DNA from: Chloroflexia bacterium
GTDB taxonomy: Bacteria; Chloroflexota; Chloroflexia; QHBQ01
Direction of reading: 5' to 3'
Assembly: GCA_038229595.1 (NCBI GenBank)
Contig: JBBROH010000002.1
Location: 9,214-73,213 of the forward strand
DNA: 64,000 bases
The notes beneath the pieces are model-generated. The model saw only the letters and a list, made by a program, of their open reading frames with translations, was not told where the DNA came from and did not search any database. Shown piece after piece: positions 61,722 through 64,000 of the stretch (its first letter is position 1; every line of letters starts with the position of its first letter). The position numbers and the translations under genes are program-made.

Positions 61722-62084
61722 GCTTTCACTCCCCGAACTTTGGCAAATTGGCAAGCGATTATAGAGGCAGAAGGTCGGTTGCCTGCCCCTATTATCGCGC
61801 CAATCACCTAATATGTCAACGCAGGCGGCGAGGGAAAGCAGGATTGCGGCAAAGTAGGTACTGCATCTTGTGCTACGTAGGGGCGGGCGGCGGCCCAGCG
61901 CGGGGAGGCGGCCCAACGCGGGAGGGCGCACGGCTCACGGCGGGTGATGCCGCCCTTCGGCCCACAGGTCTGGACTGAGGATGAGCCGATGGCGGGTATT
62001 CTGATCCACGGCCCTGCCGAGCGCGGTGCTGGCTGAAGCACAAAGGAGCGCAGCCAGGCGGCTATGCTCCTTCGTTACTCCGCA

Positions 62085-62903
62085 TCACCTGCGCCGCTGG
62101 CGGTAGTCGGGTGCCTGGATGAAGCGTTGCAGGCAGAGGTCAACATCAAAGATGCGCGAGCGGATGCGCGGTTCGATGCTGTCAGGGTAGACGTTGCTGG
62201 TGATCACCGTGGGCTTACGCATATTATAGCGGTGGTTGAGGATTTGGAACAGCTTCTCCTTCGCCCAGCTAGTCGCGTTCTCCGTCCCCAGGTCGTCGAG
62301 GACAAAGAGGGCGGCGTTGCGGATTTGCTCAAACCGCTGGTCGTAGGTGCTTTCGCTGCCGGGGGCATAGGCGGCTCGTAGCTGGTCGAGCAGGTCGGGG
62401 GCGACCGCGAAGTAGGTGGAGATGCCGCTGCGAACGGCCTCGTTGGCGATAGCCGCAGCCAGATGTGTCTTGCCGCAGCCAATATCGCCCATCAACAGCA
62501 GCCAGTCGTTCAGGTTGCTGGCGTAATCGCGAGCGGCGGTGTAGGCTTCGCGCACCCCCGGTAGGCTGTGGTCGAAGTTGGCGAAGGTCTTGTCGCGAAA
62601 AGCGTCGAGGTTGGAGAGTTCGGCCAGCTTGCTCTTTTGGCGGCTAGAATTGTCCTGGGCGCGGCACTTGCAGGGAAAGATACGCCCAAAGTTGGGCGAA
62701 CTGGTCTCAGCATCAAGGCGCAGCCAGCCCGACCCCTTGCAGCGGGGGCAGACTTCCTTTGGCTCTTGCGGCTGGCCGACCCCACGCACCTCAAGCTCAA
62801 GCTCGTCCTCTGCCGCTGGCACAGCGACCAGCAGACGCGGACGGCGCACTGCTGGGGTCGGGGGTGGGGCTGGCACTGGCTGGGCGAAGCTACGCCCGTC
62901 CAT
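62085..62903 (-). CDS. DnaI/DnaC-like helicase-loader AAA+ ATPase with N-terminal zinc-binding module
   Basis: CPRCKGSGW...FPCKCR Zn motif. Walker A GDIGCGKTHLAAAIA. Walker B LFVLDDLGTE. IstB/DnaC-type. Start uncertain: 62903, 63077 or 63173; the longer ones overlap the dnaD-like gene. Confidence 0.6.
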   Translation of the reverse strand: MDGRSFAQPVPAPPPTPAVRRPRLLVAVPAAEDELELEVRGVGQPQEPKEVCPRCKGSGWLRLDAETSSPNFGRIFPCKCRAQDNSSRQKSKLAELSNLDAFRDKTFANFDHSLPGVREAYTAARDYASNLNDWLLLMGDIGCGKTHLAAAIANEAVRSGISTYFAVAPDLLDQLRAAYAPGSESTYDQRFEQIRNAALFVLDDLGTENATSWAKEKLFQILNHRYNMRKPTVITSNVYPDSIEPRIRSRIFDVDLCLQRFIQAPDYRQRRR

Positions 62904-62952
62904 GCGGCTCCGCTCGGTTGGCGCGGCTGGCGAGGGGACGGTAGAGGGCGAT

Positions 62953-63882
62953 TCAGCCTCCACTGCTACCGTCTCCACTGCCAGTTCCACGTTGGAATAT
63001 GTGCGCGTATTTTCCCGTCGTGAACTCCTGGGGATCGAGATGTTCATTCCCTTGATTACGTCGTGCAGACTGTCCATCGCCTTTACCCTCAGTTTCCCAC
63101 TTCTGCAAGATGCGTTCGATATACCGCCAACTACGCTTGTTATAACTGACTGCCTCGGTGAAAGCCTGCTCAATCCACTCGGTTGGATAGTGCTGCTGGG
63201 CTGCCGCCAGTTGCTCGGCCAGCAGCGGGGTCAGCACGCCGATGTTCTGTTCATAGAGCGCAAAGATGTTGGGCCGCAGCGGAACCACCCGCATTCGCTT
63301 GGGCTTCGGCTGGGCTGCCGCCCGATAGGTCGCATCCAGGCCCAGGTCAATGCCCGCCAGGTCGATCTCGCCACCCTTCCACTGCTGCACCACCTCGCGG
63401 TTCCACGGGGTGTTGACCATGTAGCAGAGTTCCTTGCGCGTGCGCCGCCGATTGCTGCCCCCCTCGAAAGCCCCTGCTCGTGACCGCTCGATTTTGACCA
63501 GCAGCGGCTCAGCTGGCTGGGCTTCCACCTCCTGCTCCTCCCCCTTCGCGGCTGGCAGGGCGGGCAGCTTGATCGTCAGGCCCAGCAGGGTGGCGCGGGC
63601 GACCGCCAGTTCCAACCCCTCGATCAGCAACTCCTCGGCTGGGCGTGGGCTGCTGGTTACCCCCTGCCCCTTCAATCCTGCCAGCAGCCGCTGATCAGCC
63701 CGCAACTCCTGGTAGCTGACCCCTCGCGGGAAGCCGCGCTTGAGCGAGAGCAGCAGGAAGACGTGCAGTGTCACCTTCACCTCGCTCATACTGGTGATCG
63801 TGGGCAGCACCTCGGTGAAGAAGTCTGCTGGGACGGAGACTAGCTCCACCCTGTCCTGGGGCTTCATGAATCCAGCGAACAT
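62953..63882 (-). CDS. DnaD-domain replication-initiation/primosome protein
   Basis: C-terminal DnaD_dom signature YEQNIGVLTPLLAEQLAAAQQHYPTEWIEQAFTEAVSYNKRSWRYIERILQKWETEG. N-terminal winged-helix-like part. Confidence 0.65.
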   Translation of the reverse strand: MFAGFMKPQDRVELVSVPADFFTEVLPTITSMSEVKVTLHVFLLLSLKRGFPRGVSYQELRADQRLLAGLKGQGVTSSPRPAEELLIEGLELAVARATLLGLTIKLPALPAAKGEEQEVEAQPAEPLLVKIERSRAGAFEGGSNRRRTRKELCYMVNTPWNREVVQQWKGGEIDLAGIDLGLDATYRAAAQPKPKRMRVVPLRPNIFALYEQNIGVLTPLLAEQLAAAQQHYPTEWIEQAFTEAVSYNKRSWRYIERILQKWETEGKGDGQSARRNQGNEHLDPQEFTTGKYAHIFQRGTGSGDGSSGG

Positions 63883-64000
63883 TGGCTAACCCCTGCCCTG
63901 GCTCATTGCCATAGTGCGTCTCCAGGTCAACAAACTTGGTCGTCTCCTTCTGGAAGAGAAGGCGCACAATACCAGTTGGCCCGTTGCGATGCTTGGCGAT

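Noticed and set aside
61932-62084. Hairpin AAGGAGC-N15-GCTCCTT between the TPR gene start and the dnaI-like gene end as a terminator
   Set aside because: The stem is short (7 bp) with a 15-nt loop and lacks a proper U-tract on either strand. It is more likely fortuitous or part of the RBS region of the TPR gene.
63695-63967. ORF 63695..63967 (-) as a separate gene
   Set aside because: It overlaps the DnaD-like gene start region in another frame and has no domain signal. It is more likely that a different upstream gene runs off the window end, which cannot be resolved here.

Overview
High-GC (about 62-65 %) bacterial chromosomal segment, with gene content and surface-protein architecture reminiscent of Chloroflexota-like organisms. 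Four C-terminal SLH-anchored exoproteins (two of them auracyanin-like cupredoxins) plus one LPXTG sorting signal suggest a monoderm or S-layer-bearing cell. Coding density is high, and the reverse-strand ORFs in the six-frame track are mostly GC-skew shadows of the real genes. ATG, GTG and TTG starts are all used. Housekeeping content, in order: a phospholipid cluster (truncated plsC-like gene, cdsA, divergent plsY); MogA/MoaB; a cysteine desulfurase; a SAM-methyltransferase; an EamA transporter; a GAF-PAS histidine kinase with an OmpR-type response regulator; the complete heat-shock operon hrcA-grpE-dnaK-dnaJ with a CIRCE-like operator; an MFS transporter; an ABC/ABC-2 exporter pair; deoC with a double-length aldehyde dehydrogenase; threonine dehydratase; a CDF transporter; and a TPR giant upstream of cdaA-cdaR-glmS. 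Accessory content: two tandem paralogous two-domain cupredoxin-SLH proteins, an SLH-anchored FAD oxidoreductase, and a 1538-aa LTD-EEP-CHRD-SLH-DUF4397 extracellular nuclease. The most interesting region is a 15-kb block (25.7-41.0 kb) in which every gene is on the minus strand. It contains a cobalamin riboswitch with its own promoter. The riboswitch drives an LPXTG-anchored alpha/alpha-toroid protein and a DUF4430-EcfT fusion, together a candidate bipartite transcobalamin-like B12 capture device coupled to an ECF transporter. The ECF module comprises the fused EcfT, a tandem EcfAA' ATPase, a putative S component and an inserted cyclase-family gene. Downstream follow a small Cys-rich protein, a receiver-only response regulator, a multi-GAF histidine kinase and a stand-alone RAM-domain protein. 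Upstream sits an operon of a small protein, an SNF2_assoc-SNF2 helicase and a SWIM zinc-finger protein. The window ends with a Firmicutes-style DnaD-like/DnaI-like pair that may belong to an element extending past the window edge. No CRISPR array, tRNA or rRNA was seen.
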